Shown here in pieces: positions 9,395 to 18,139 of a stretch of DNA of 32,000 nucleotides (its first letter is position 1; every line of letters starts with the position of its first letter). The DNA lies in the NCBI RefSeq assembly GCF_000025505.1, contig NC_013849.1, positions 2,040,001 through 2,072,000 on the forward strand. Reading direction: 5' to 3'. This stretch comes from Ferroglobus placidus DSM 10642 (GTDB taxonomy: Archaea > Halobacteriota > Archaeoglobi > Archaeoglobales > Archaeoglobaceae). A model generated the notes under the pieces. The model was not told where the DNA came from. It saw only the letters and a list, made by a program, of their open reading frames with translations, and ran no database searches. The translations under genes were made by a program, and so were the position numbers.

Positions 9395-9966
9395 ATTTTC
9401 ACGCTCATTCTACAGCTATAGTTGAGAGCGACGAGATTGGAGAAGGGACGAAAATTTGGCACTTCGCTCACGTTAGAGAGAAAGCGAAAATTGGAAAGAA
9501 CTGCAACATAGGCAAAGGAGTTTACATCGACACAGAAGTGATTATAGGGAATAACGTGAAAATTCAAAACTTTGCAACGATTTACAGAGGTGTGATTGTG
9601 GAGGATGACGTTTTTATCGGTCCAGCGGTAGTTTTCACAAATGATTTGTATCCAAGGGCTTTTATCTGGAGCGAAGAAAAAATAGAAAAAACAATTGTGA
9701 AAAAAGGGGCAAGCATTGGAGCAAACTCAACAGTAATCTGTGGAATTGAAATTGGGAAATACGCTATGGTAGGTGCGGGAAGCGTTGTCACGAAAAGTGT
9801 TCCACCTCACGCTCTCGTTTACGGGAATCCAGCCAAGCTGAAAGGCTTTGTCTGCTACTGCGGGAGAAAGCTGGAGAAAATTTTAAAGAAGAAAGCTGAA
9901 AGCTTCGTCTATGAATGTCATAACTGCGGGGAAGTTGTAGAAATAAAGAAGGAGTGGTTGAGGTGA
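9376..9966 (+). CDS. Hexapeptide-repeat N-acetyltransferase (WbpD/WlbB-like) with a C-terminal Cys4 tail
   Basis: 196 aa. Left-handed beta-helix repeats (IGKNCNIGKGVYI, IGNNVKI, IGANSTV...). The tail reads CYC...CHNC. Overlaps the upstream gene by 19 nt. Confidence 0.85.
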   Translation: MEESTLDFHAHSTAIVESDEIGEGTKIWHFAHVREKAKIGKNCNIGKGVYIDTEVIIGNNVKIQNFATIYRGVIVEDDVFIGPAVVFTNDLYPRAFIWSEEKIEKTIVKKGASIGANSTVICGIEIGKYAMVGAGSVVTKSVPPHALVYGNPAKLKGFVCYCGRKLEKILKKKAESFVYECHNCGEVVEIKKEWLR

Positions 9967-11144
9967 AGGTAGCGGTTGTTGGCTTGGGTAAGGCGGGTTT
10001 ACCATTAGCTGCAGTGATAGCTGAATCCGGCTTGGAAGTTGTGGGAGTCGATCTGGATGAGGAAAAATGCAAGATGATTAATTCAGGGATAAATCCAATT
10101 CCTGAAGAGCCGGGGTTGGATGAATTAATAAAAAAGCACGGGGGAAAAAAGCTTAAAGCCACGCCGAATTACGAGGAAGCAAAGGATTGTAAAGCTTACA
10201 TAGTTATAGTCCCTTTACTTCTCGACGAAAACAAAAATCCCGATTTCAGCGTTCTCGAATCTGCCTTCAGAAGCATAGGAAAAATTCTGAAAAAAGGAGA
10301 CTTGGTTGTTCTTGAAACGACGGTTCCTCCGTTTACAACCGAAAATCTTGTGAAAAGATGGCTTGAAGATGAAAGCGGTTTAGAGCTCGGAGATTTTTAC
10401 TTAGCTTTCTCTCCAGAGAGGATAATGACTGGCTACAGCATATCAAGGCTGAGAGAATTTCCGAAAGTGATAGGAGGGGTTGATGAAGAAAGCGGGAGAA
10501 AAGCTTATGAGCTTTACAAAAAGTTTGTGCCAAACCTTCACCTCGTTTCGAATGCGAGAACTGCCGAGTTTATAAAAATCATAGAAGGCTGCTATAGGGA
10601 TGCGAACATAGCTTTAGCAAATGAACTTTTTAAAATCGCTGAAGAAATTGGTGCTGACTTCTTTGAATCGAGAGAGAAAGCCAATCACGAGTTCTGCCAC
10701 ATTCATCTTCCATCGACCGGCGTTGGTGGACACTGCATTCCAGTATATACTTGGTTTCTAATCAATGAGATGGAAAAAGGAGAGAAATTTGAATACGTAA
10801 GATTGCTGAGGACTGCAAGGGAAATAAACGACGAAATGATAAATTACTGGGCTGAGAAAATCGTTATGGAATGTATGAGGGTAAGTAAGCCATTGAGTGA
10901 AGTAAAAATTTGCATTAAAGGCATAACTTTCAGAAAGGGAGTTAAGGAAATTTACCACAGCAAAAATCTTGCGTTGGCGAAACTTTTAGCTGAGAAGGGA
11001 TTGGATCTGGGAGTTTGGGATGAGTTGTTCACGCCGGAAGAAGTTGAGAAGCTTGGGTTGAAATGGAGGGAGCCGGAAGAAGCTGATGTTGTGTTCGATT
11101 GCTTCGAACTGAAATTATTTAGTGAAATGAACAAAGAAAAATAA
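9954..11144 (+). CDS. UDP-N-acetyl-hexosamine 6-dehydrogenase (WbpA/WecC-type nucleotide-sugar dehydrogenase)
   Basis: 396 aa. N-terminal VAVVGLGKAGLPLA Rossmann motif and the catalytic GGHCIP motif. GTG start overlaps the previous gene. Confidence 0.85.
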   Translation: MVEVKVAVVGLGKAGLPLAAVIAESGLEVVGVDLDEEKCKMINSGINPIPEEPGLDELIKKHGGKKLKATPNYEEAKDCKAYIVIVPLLLDENKNPDFSVLESAFRSIGKILKKGDLVVLETTVPPFTTENLVKRWLEDESGLELGDFYLAFSPERIMTGYSISRLREFPKVIGGVDEESGRKAYELYKKFVPNLHLVSNARTAEFIKIIEGCYRDANIALANELFKIAEEIGADFFESREKANHEFCHIHLPSTGVGGHCIPVYTWFLINEMEKGEKFEYVRLLRTAREINDEMINYWAEKIVMECMRVSKPLSEVKICIKGITFRKGVKEIYHSKNLALAKLLAEKGLDLGVWDELFTPEEVEKLGLKWREPEEADVVFDCFELKLFSEMNKEK

Positions 11145-11253
11145 AAAGTTCGTAGCAGAGCACGATTTTATTCAATAACAACATAAAAATCTTCAACGAC
11201 CTCTTTAACAAATAGAACATGGTTATCCTTTGTGACAAGGAACTGTCAAGATG

Positions 11254-11512
11254 TTATCCCATATTATGCAATTCCACAAAGCTCTTCAACCAGCTCTGAA
11301 TGTAATCGAAGGAACTGTTAAAGGAAGACCTGAGAAACTCTTTGTTCTTCTCTTCAGCAGAGAAAAGAGATTTCCACTGCATTTCTTCTCCCGAAAGCCA
11401 GATGAATAAACACTCCTTTGTATCAACATCTATTGCATTCCAGACGAAGAGTTGCCTGTTCATTAACTTCAGTTTCGTTTCGTCTATCGCAATTAACCTT
11501 CTTTTCTTCCTT
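11254..11512 (-). mobile_element. Remnant of a DDE transposase gene (IS6-like), 5'-truncated and internally deleted
   Basis: The frame reads ...RKKRRLIAIDETKLKLMNRQLFVWNAIDVDTKECLFIWLSGE... These are the D..D region motifs of archaeal IS6-type transposases as I remember them. It then jumps to a short C-terminal-like tail. There is no N-terminal HTH region and no usable start. Confidence 0.5.
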
Positions 11513-11725
11513 TCAGGAGGCTTTAAGATTTTTTGATTCGTAGCTTATTTTTTGAACCCTAATCCAGTTAGCTTTCGCAATTTTTACCGCATCCTCTCTT
11601 TCTCCTCCTTCAACAACACATTCCCTGTAGACGGCTTCCGGCACGATCACCTCGCTAAAAAATGATTTCAGCAAATCTAACTTCCCAATCTTCGCAAGAT
11701 GGATGAGCGGTGATGAATTACTCAC
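11513..11725 (-). pseudogene. Truncated DUF3368/COG2405 PIN-like toxin (N-terminal half only)
   Basis: VSNSSPLIHLAKIGKLDLLKSFFSEVIVPEAVYRECV is the conserved N-terminus of this family. About 70 aa remain of what I recall as a roughly 150-160 aa family. The likely GTG start at 11725 overlaps the antitoxin stop. The C-terminal half is replaced by the IS remnant. Confidence 0.6.
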
Positions 11726-11975
11726 TACCTTTTGCAAATGCGATATCCTCCTCAAGTTCCTTTATCGTGTAATGTCTTTCAACTTTCCTTCTGGCGAGCT
11801 CCTCTATGAACTCCCACTTGCTCATCTCAGCAAGCTTCCTTGCCTTGCCCATGGATAGGATTCCTCTCTGGTAGAGGGCTATTGCCAGCTCTACTTTTAA
11901 AAACCTCTCTTTGTCTTTCTCAGGTAGCTTCATCGAAGCCAGCACGTCATCCGGAATGATTATCATTGCACCCAC
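11718..11975 (-). CDS. UPF0175-family antitoxin
   Basis: 85 aa (or from the ATG at 11966). ...ELAIALYQRGILSMGKARKLAEMSKWEFIEELARRKV matches the UPF0175/COG2886 pattern. It sits directly upstream of the DUF3368 gene. Confidence 0.7.
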   Translation of the reverse strand: MGAMIIIPDDVLASMKLPEKDKERFLKVELAIALYQRGILSMGKARKLAEMSKWEFIEELARRKVERHYTIKELEEDIAFAKGSE

Positions 11976-12205
11976 AACAGAACCTACGATGTAGAACTAA
12001 TAAACTTTTTCTGGATACCAGGCACTGGCAAACTTCAACCATTGTTTCTGAACAGAACAATCGGAAGTTGAAGAGAGCGAGCCAAAAGAGGTTTGCTGAA
12101 AGATTTGCTCTGAAAGAGGTTTACTCAAAAGTGATTGCAAAAGTTCCTCGAGAATTTTTGTAGATCATTTTATGATTCAACGCGAACCAGTCTTTGAGAA
12201 ACTGA

Positions 12206-12361
12206 AAGATCGTGAAGTTAGAGGGGGTCGAAGGTTATCAAAAGCTAAGAAGCTGGGATGCAAACGGCTACGACTTGCAAACATCACGAATAAAGAGGAT
12301 AGCAACGTTTGACGAAGATTTTAGGAGGGTTGACTTCTTGGAGATTTTAGATTTAAGCTAA
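12206..12361 (+). pseudogene. C-terminal remnant of a PIN-domain (VapC-like) gene
   Basis: The startless frame ends ...RIKRIATFDEDFRRVDFLEILDLS*. Positions 12317..12350 are a 34-bp perfect copy of 14490..14523, the 3' end of the intact PIN gene. The codons just upstream differ only at synonymous positions. Confidence 0.55.
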
Positions 12362-12366
12362 TTCAA

Positions 12367-12465
12367 TTAAATCTTCAACCTCCTCGCAACGCTTCTCAAC
12401 TTCTCCTCTTCCCTCCTCTTCTTCAAGTGCCTCTCAGCCAGTTTTCTCAGTTCTCTTTCTACGTC
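12367..12465 (-). pseudogene. Terminal 32-codon remnant of a sulfatase-like gene
   Basis: Translates to DVERELRKLAERHLKKRREEEKLRSVARRLKI*, versus DVERELRKLAEMKEEERLRAGIEKLRRLKI* at 2659..2751. The nucleotide stretch 12432..12466 matches 2718..2752 with one mismatch. Confidence 0.6.
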
Positions 12466-12569
12466 AGGCTACATCTAATTTAGTTTTCTTATTTCCCTAA
12501 GATTACAACTGATGCATGTGTTGTGCATGAACAAATTCTTTTTAAACTATATGCATACACAGTTGTCTG

Positions 12570-13838
12570 ATGAAGATATCCATAATCGGTTCTGGATACG
12601 TTGGGTTGGTTACTGGCGTCGGATTTGCTGAACTCGGTCATGATGTTGTTTTCATAGATGTTGATGAGCAAAAGGTCGAGATGATCAATTCTTGCAAGCC
12701 ACCAATTTTTGAGAAAGGGCTGAAAGAGCTCATGGAAAAGAATAGGGGGAAATTTTACGCAACTAATGATTACGCATCTCTCAAGAATACTGATATAACG
12801 TTCATCTGTGTAGGAACCCCATCGAGAAAAGATGGTTCAATAGATTTGAAATACGTTGAATCTGCTTCTAAGGAGATAGGAAAGGTTTTGAGAGGTAAAG
12901 AAGAGTTTCATACGGTTGTCGTCAAAAGCACAGTTATTCCGGGAACTACTGAGGAAGTTGTAAAGCCAATAATTGGAAAAGAATCTGGCAAAGAAGCATT
13001 CAGAGATTTTGGATTGGCTATGAATCCAGAATTTTTAAGGGAGGGTAACGCAGTTGAAGACTTCTTCAATCCGGATAGGATAGTTATTGGAGTTAAGGAT
13101 GAAAGAACAAAGAAAATCCTTGAGAAGCTTTACGAACCCTTCAATTGTCCGAAACTTATCACGGACATAAAGACCGCTGAGATGATAAAGTACGCATCCA
13201 ATGCATTTCTAGCTACGAAAATTAGCTTCGCCAACGAGATAGGGAATATATGCAAGAAGCTTGGGATCGACGTTTACAAGGTGTTCGAGGGCGTTGGATT
13301 GGATCACAGGATAAATCCCTCATTCTTTAGAGCTGGGATCGGATTTGGAGGGAGCTGTTTTCCTAAAGACGTTAAGGCGTTGATCAAGAAGGCTGAAGAA
13401 CTCGGTGAGGACCCGAAGCTACTGAAAGCTGTTATCGAAGTAAATGAGAGACAGCCGTTGAAGATGATAGAGCTTTTAAAGAAGCACATTCCCAACTTAG
13501 AAGGAAAGAAGATAGGTTTGTTAGGTCTGGCGTTTAAGCCTGATACGGATGACGTAAGAGAGAGTAGAGCTATACCGATCGTTAAAGCTTTGCTGGAAGA
13601 GGGGGCAGAGATTATAGCCTACGATCCGAAAGCTATTGAGAACTTCAGGAAATTTTTCCCTCAAATAGAATATGCTAACTCAGCTGAAGATGTTATTGCA
13701 AAATCAGATGCAGTGTTGATAGTAACGGAGTGGAGGGACTTTGAAGAGCTCGATTACAGCGGTAAAATTGTTATCGATGGAAGAAGAGTTGAGAAGGCTA
13801 TGAGGGAAGCTAAGATATACGAAGGGGTGTGTTGGTAA
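12570..13838 (+). CDS. ugd: UDP-glucose 6-dehydrogenase
   Basis: 422 aa. N-terminal MKISIIGSGYVGLVTG and the catalytic GGSCFPKD motif. Confidence 0.9.
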   Translation: MKISIIGSGYVGLVTGVGFAELGHDVVFIDVDEQKVEMINSCKPPIFEKGLKELMEKNRGKFYATNDYASLKNTDITFICVGTPSRKDGSIDLKYVESASKEIGKVLRGKEEFHTVVVKSTVIPGTTEEVVKPIIGKESGKEAFRDFGLAMNPEFLREGNAVEDFFNPDRIVIGVKDERTKKILEKLYEPFNCPKLITDIKTAEMIKYASNAFLATKISFANEIGNICKKLGIDVYKVFEGVGLDHRINPSFFRAGIGFGGSCFPKDVKALIKKAEELGEDPKLLKAVIEVNERQPLKMIELLKKHIPNLEGKKIGLLGLAFKPDTDDVRESRAIPIVKALLEEGAEIIAYDPKAIENFRKFFPQIEYANSAEDVIAKSDAVLIVTEWRDFEELDYSGKIVIDGRRVEKAMREAKIYEGVCW

Positions 13839-13870
13839 ACTATTTTAAATTCGAACTTCAGAGTAAGTTC

Positions 13871-14098
13871 ATGCCAAAAGTTATAGAGGTGATATACGAG
13901 AACGGAGTATTCAAACCTCTTGAGAAGGTTGACCTGCCGCAAGGGGTAAAGGTTAGAATAGAAATCAAAGAGGAACCCGGTAGAATTACCGAGGAATTTA
14001 TCAACGAATTGGAGAAAATTGTGAATACCTTGCCGAAAGTGAAGGTCGATTTCAGAAAGCTTGACGAAATGTATTATGAAGGAAAAATGCTTTATTGA
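13871..14098 (+). CDS. DUF104-type antitoxin
   Basis: MPKVIEVIYENGVFKPLEKVDLPQGVKVRIEIKEE is the DUF104 signature. The ATG at 13871 is preferred over the track start at 13829. It overlaps the downstream PIN gene. Confidence 0.7.
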   Translation: MPKVIEVIYENGVFKPLEKVDLPQGVKVRIEIKEEPGRITEEFINELEKIVNTLPKVKVDFRKLDEMYYEGKMLY

Positions 14099-14537
14099 TA
14101 CGACAGTAATTCTCAAGGTAATTCTGGAAAGTGACGTTGAAATCTTGAGAAATTTATCCGAATATTACGTATGCACATCTGTAAACGTTCTCGAAGAGGC
14201 TACATTCAAAATAATAGTTAGCAGTGTTCTCGAAACGATGAGTGTTGAAGGAGCTAGTATTTATAAAATCAAAGACGAGTTTGAAAAAGGAACTGGCAGA
14301 GATTTAATTTTAAAGAGGTTGCACGCCTTAAATTTCTTGAAGAACAATCTTGTCGTTCTTCCCATCGACGACAAAATCTTCGAATCGTCAAAAGAGATGA
14401 TTAAAAAGTATAATCTTTTGCCGAATGATGCTTTAATCGTTGCTACTTGTAAGTATTACGGGATTAGGAAGATCGCTACATTTGATGAGGATTTTAGGAG
14501 GGTTGACTTCTTGGAGATTTTAGGTGATGAAATATGA
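14076..14537 (+). CDS. vapC: PIN-domain ribonuclease toxin (VapC-like)
   Basis: N-terminal CFIDTTVIL and C-terminal ATFDEDF acidic motifs. Its stop overlaps the galU ATG (ATGA at 14534..14537). Confidence 0.8.
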   Translation: MKEKCFIDTTVILKVILESDVEILRNLSEYYVCTSVNVLEEATFKIIVSSVLETMSVEGASIYKIKDEFEKGTGRDLILKRLHALNFLKNNLVVLPIDDKIFESSKEMIKKYNLLPNDALIVATCKYYGIRKIATFDEDFRRVDFLEILGDEI

Positions 14538-15370
14538 AGGTCAGGAAGGCTGTGATTCCAGCTGCAGGATATGGAACCAGGATGCTTCCGATTACTAAAG
14601 CCCAGCCCAAGGAGATGGTGCCGGTAGTCCACAAGCCAGTGATCCAATACGTTGTCGAGGAGGCTTATCATTCCGGCATAAGAGAGATTCTGATAATAAC
14701 GGGTAAGCATAAGAGGGCTATCGAGGATCACTTTGATAGAAGCGATTTAACCAAGAAAGATAAGTACACGGAAGAGCTCGATAGAATTTTGGAAGAGGTG
14801 AACATATTCTTCGTGAGGCAGAGAGAGCAGAAGGGGTTGGGAGATGCTGTAAGGTATGCTGAGGCTTTTGTTGACGATGAGCCTTTTGCTTTGTTGTTGG
14901 GAGATAACATTACGATTCCTCCCTGCACGAAGATGTTGATCGATGCTTTCGAGAAATATAAATTTACGGTAATCGCCTTGGAAAGAGTTCCTTTGGAAAG
15001 AGTTTCCTTTCACGGGATAGTTAAGGGTTCAGAAGTCGAAAAAGGTGTTTACAAACTCGAAGATCTAATTGAAAAGCCGAAGATTGAAGAAGCACCATCA
15101 AACCTCGCCGTAATCGGAAGGTATATACTTGTTCCAGAGATTTTTGATTATTTGAAGGATTTGAAGCCCGGATACGGTGGAGAGATTCAGCTCACAGACG
15201 CTTTAAGACATATGTGCAGAGATTTCGACGTTTACGGAATTCTGTATGATGGAAAGAGATACGACATCGGAAACAAGCTGGAGTGGTTGAAGGCTAACAT
15301 TGAGCTGGCTTTGAAGGATGAAGAGCTGGGGGAAGAGTTTAAAAGATGGTTAATTAAGCTGAGAATATGA
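14534..15370 (+). CDS. galU: UTP--glucose-1-phosphate uridylyltransferase
   Basis: 278 aa. KAVIPAAGYGTRMLPITKAQPKEMVPV N-terminal signature and GalU-like length. Confidence 0.9.
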   Translation: MKVRKAVIPAAGYGTRMLPITKAQPKEMVPVVHKPVIQYVVEEAYHSGIREILIITGKHKRAIEDHFDRSDLTKKDKYTEELDRILEEVNIFFVRQREQKGLGDAVRYAEAFVDDEPFALLLGDNITIPPCTKMLIDAFEKYKFTVIALERVPLERVSFHGIVKGSEVEKGVYKLEDLIEKPKIEEAPSNLAVIGRYILVPEIFDYLKDLKPGYGGEIQLTDALRHMCRDFDVYGILYDGKRYDIGNKLEWLKANIELALKDEELGEEFKRWLIKLRI

Positions 15371-15993
15371 CTTTTAGACCTCAAGTACCAAAGGAACATT
15401 ATTTCAAAGGATACGATACAAAAGAGAGATGGATCAGTTACTGGTATCAGATAAACGAAGTTCTAAAAACCAATCCAGAGACAGTTTTGGAAGTAGGAAT
15501 AGGAAATAAAACTGTAAGTGACTATCTGAAAAAATTAGGTATATGTGTTACGACAGTAGATATCGACGAGGATTTAGAACCAGATTATGTATGTAGCGTT
15601 ACGGAACTTAGCAAATACTTTGAAGAGAATTCTTTTGATACTGTCCTGTGTGCCGAAGTTTTAGAGCATATGCCGTTCGAATATTTTGAAACGGCTTTAG
15701 AAGAGTTGTGGAAAGTTTCGAAAAAGTATATAATTTTATCTTTGCCGCATTTTGGGCTGGGATTTAATTTAAGCTTAAAAATTCCTCTATTGAGGCGAAT
15801 AAACCTTACAATTAAAGTTCCTTTGCCACTTAAACATAAATTCGATGGACAGCATTACTGGGAAATAGGAAAGAAAGGATATCCTCTGAGAAAAATCAAA
15901 ACAGTGTTATCAAGAAAGTATTACATAGAAAGGACATATCTGGTTCCAGAAAATCCATACCATAGATTTTTCATATTGAAAAAGAGAAACTGA
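15367..15993 (+). CDS. Class I SAM-dependent methyltransferase
   Basis: 208 aa. Motif I VLEVGIGNKT and the downstream acidic loop TVDID, then VLCAEVLEHM. ATGA overlap with galU. Confidence 0.8.
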   Translation: MTFRPQVPKEHYFKGYDTKERWISYWYQINEVLKTNPETVLEVGIGNKTVSDYLKKLGICVTTVDIDEDLEPDYVCSVTELSKYFEENSFDTVLCAEVLEHMPFEYFETALEELWKVSKKYIILSLPHFGLGFNLSLKIPLLRRINLTIKVPLPLKHKFDGQHYWEIGKKGYPLRKIKTVLSRKYYIERTYLVPENPYHRFFILKKRN

Positions 15994-16010
15994 AAATTTA
16001 TGCGAATAAT

Positions 16011-17192
16011 TTATGCAAGTTTTCTATATATTGTATAATATTTTTCACCAATCTTATTCCAGTCATAATTCATTTCTACTTTTTCTCTTGCTTTGATTGC
16101 TATTTTGTAAGTTAGTTTATCATCACTGAATAAATTCAAGACTCTATCGGCGATTGCTTCAGGATCTCTCGGCGGAATTAAAAATCCTGTTTTTCGATCA
16201 TCAATCATTTCATCAGCTCCAACTGCTGCATCAGTAGCAACAAGGGGTATTCCGCTAGCCATAGCTTCTAACCTTACTGGTGAGAAGCTCTCAGATAAAG
16301 AAGGATGCACAAAAACTCTACACCTTTTGTAAAATTCGATAATTTTCATTTTTGGAATGTGTCCATGAAACTTAACATTTGCTTCAATACCAAGTTTTCT
16401 AACTAGTGCTTCAAGATATTCTCTTCGTGGGCCATCGCCCAATATGTGTAATCTAGCAGTTGGATATTCTTTTAAAATATGCGGCATAGCTTTTATGAGG
16501 TATTCAAAACCCTTTCTCTTTATTAATGCTCCAACAGAAAGTATTTCAAAATTTAATGGAGGTAACGAAAATATAAACTCATCTAAATTTACGCCTATTG
16601 GTATTACTTTAATTCTATTCCTATCACCGATAATTTCACCATAAATTTTCCTCGTAGTATTATTTACTGCAATTATGATGTCTGCCTTGTCTAAAGTTTC
16701 CCTAAAAGCGAAATCAATGACATGTGATCCTAATTTTCTACATAGCTTGACTATATAGTACTCCAAACAAATAAGATCGTGTTTTCTGCCACTCCAGATA
16801 ATGTAATCGTCATAAAAAAATAAATGCTTCGCTTGGACTGGTCCAACTACATACGGATAGTCTCTAACGGCATTCATTAATGCGGATAAGTTATATCCAC
16901 CGTAAGGTAGGTTGAAGCTATGAACTATAGAAACTTTTTTTTGTTCTAAAAATTTTTTAACTGCTCTAAGCAATTTAATTTGGAAGAATATCCTATCGAT
17001 TGTTCTATGGTTTGATGTTAATTTTATAAAAGTAACGTTTTTTAAATCGAGCTTTGCGAAAATATCATTCACAATTGCATAAAATTTAACATCATAGTTC
17101 TGCAAATGCCTGAGAATATTGTAGCTTTTCGCATAGCCATACGTTACCAGATTGAAGTCTGCTGGAGCAGCAAGTACGGTTATCATCTGCAT
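16011..17192 (-). CDS. Glycosyltransferase, GT-B fold (group 1 / GT4-like)
   Basis: 393 aa. C-terminal FVHPSLSESFSPVRLEAMASGIPLVATD, an EX7E-type motif. Very AT-rich gene. Confidence 0.85.
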   Translation of the reverse strand: MQMITVLAAPADFNLVTYGYAKSYNILRHLQNYDVKFYAIVNDIFAKLDLKNVTFIKLTSNHRTIDRIFFQIKLLRAVKKFLEQKKVSIVHSFNLPYGGYNLSALMNAVRDYPYVVGPVQAKHLFFYDDYIIWSGRKHDLICLEYYIVKLCRKLGSHVIDFAFRETLDKADIIIAVNNTTRKIYGEIIGDRNRIKVIPIGVNLDEFIFSLPPLNFEILSVGALIKRKGFEYLIKAMPHILKEYPTARLHILGDGPRREYLEALVRKLGIEANVKFHGHIPKMKIIEFYKRCRVFVHPSLSESFSPVRLEAMASGIPLVATDAAVGADEMIDDRKTGFLIPPRDPEAIADRVLNLFSDDKLTYKIAIKAREKVEMNYDWNKIGEKYYTIYRKLA

Positions 17193-17431
17193 CAGGTACT
17201 CAAAAATTGATTTAAAAATTTTCTACCTTATTTTAAAATTATGCAGAGTTCTACTCATTTTGCTCTGTTTCTTGCTAAGCTCTTTTTTAGCCGTATTATC
17301 TATTCTGCTTGCTATTATATTGAATTTGGTGTCGATTCTTTTAGGCCAGATTATGCGTCACGTGATAGTTTCCTACTCTGAAGCTGAATTCCGCTGGTGC
17401 TACTAAAACTTGCATCGAAAGTTAGAAAAAT

Positions 17432-18139
17432 CTAATGGTTTAATTTCTTTTCTGCTACAACGATCATATCCCACTTAGTCATTTTTCCGAAAAGACCTGA
17501 TTTATCTGCAAGCTTATCTAAAAAGAAATAAAATTGATCTGGTAGGGGTAAGTAGGGATTAAAGGCAATATAATCCAAAAGTATTACATTAAAACCCACG
17601 TTTTTCAAGATGTTAATTAGCTCGTTGGATGTATATTCTCTCAAATGCTCGTCTGTAGGTCCGGGAACGTAACGCTTCCCTTTAATTTTGCTTATTAATG
17701 ATCGGGGCAGAGCTGTAAATCTGCTTCTGTTTGGCGTAGTGAGGAGAAGAATTCCACCGGGTTTAAGGACTCTGTAACATTCTCTTATAAACTGCTCACC
17801 CTCAATAAAATGTTCTATGACCTCGGTTGATATAATTAAGTCAAACGATTCATCTTTGAGAGAAAGGTTTCTCGCATCAGCTTTGAGAAAATGAATGTTC
17901 TGGGAAACTACCACACTTGGCGTTTTAAGAGCGATATCTAATCCCACGACAAAAGGCTTTTTCATTTCTCTTAATGCAGTTTTATAATAATAATCTGTAA
18001 AACGACCGTCATTACAGCCGACATCTAAAATAGCTATTGTTTTATGATTTGAGAAAGGATGTCGTAAAATCCAGCTCAGTACCCTAAAAACAGTTTTCCT
18101 TTTTTTGTTCCAAGCGTATTTCACTTTGTTGCTCTTCAT
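17432..18139 (-). CDS. Class I SAM-dependent methyltransferase
   Basis: 235 aa. Motif I ILDVGCNDGRF, then DLIISTEVIEHF and VLKPGGILLLTTPN. Confidence 0.85.
   Translation of the reverse strand: MKSNKVKYAWNKKRKTVFRVLSWILRHPFSNHKTIAILDVGCNDGRFTDYYYKTALREMKKPFVVGLDIALKTPSVVVSQNIHFLKADARNLSLKDESFDLIISTEVIEHFIEGEQFIRECYRVLKPGGILLLTTPNRSRFTALPRSLISKIKGKRYVPGPTDEHLREYTSNELINILKNVGFNVILLDYIAFNPYLPLPDQFYFFLDKLADKSGLFGKMTKWDMIVVAEKKLNH

Noticed and set aside
11966-12163. 65-aa + strand ORF upstream of the PIN remnant
   Set aside because: It has a basic, low-information translation and no start context. It overlaps the UPF0175 gene start and promoter on the other strand.
17152-17406. 84-aa very hydrophobic ORF in the spacer upstream of the GT4 gene (possible small membrane protein)
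   Set aside because: It starts antisense inside the GT4 coding region with a non-ATG codon. Its hydrophobicity is what T-rich DNA encodes by default, and no RBS or TATA is in a sensible position.
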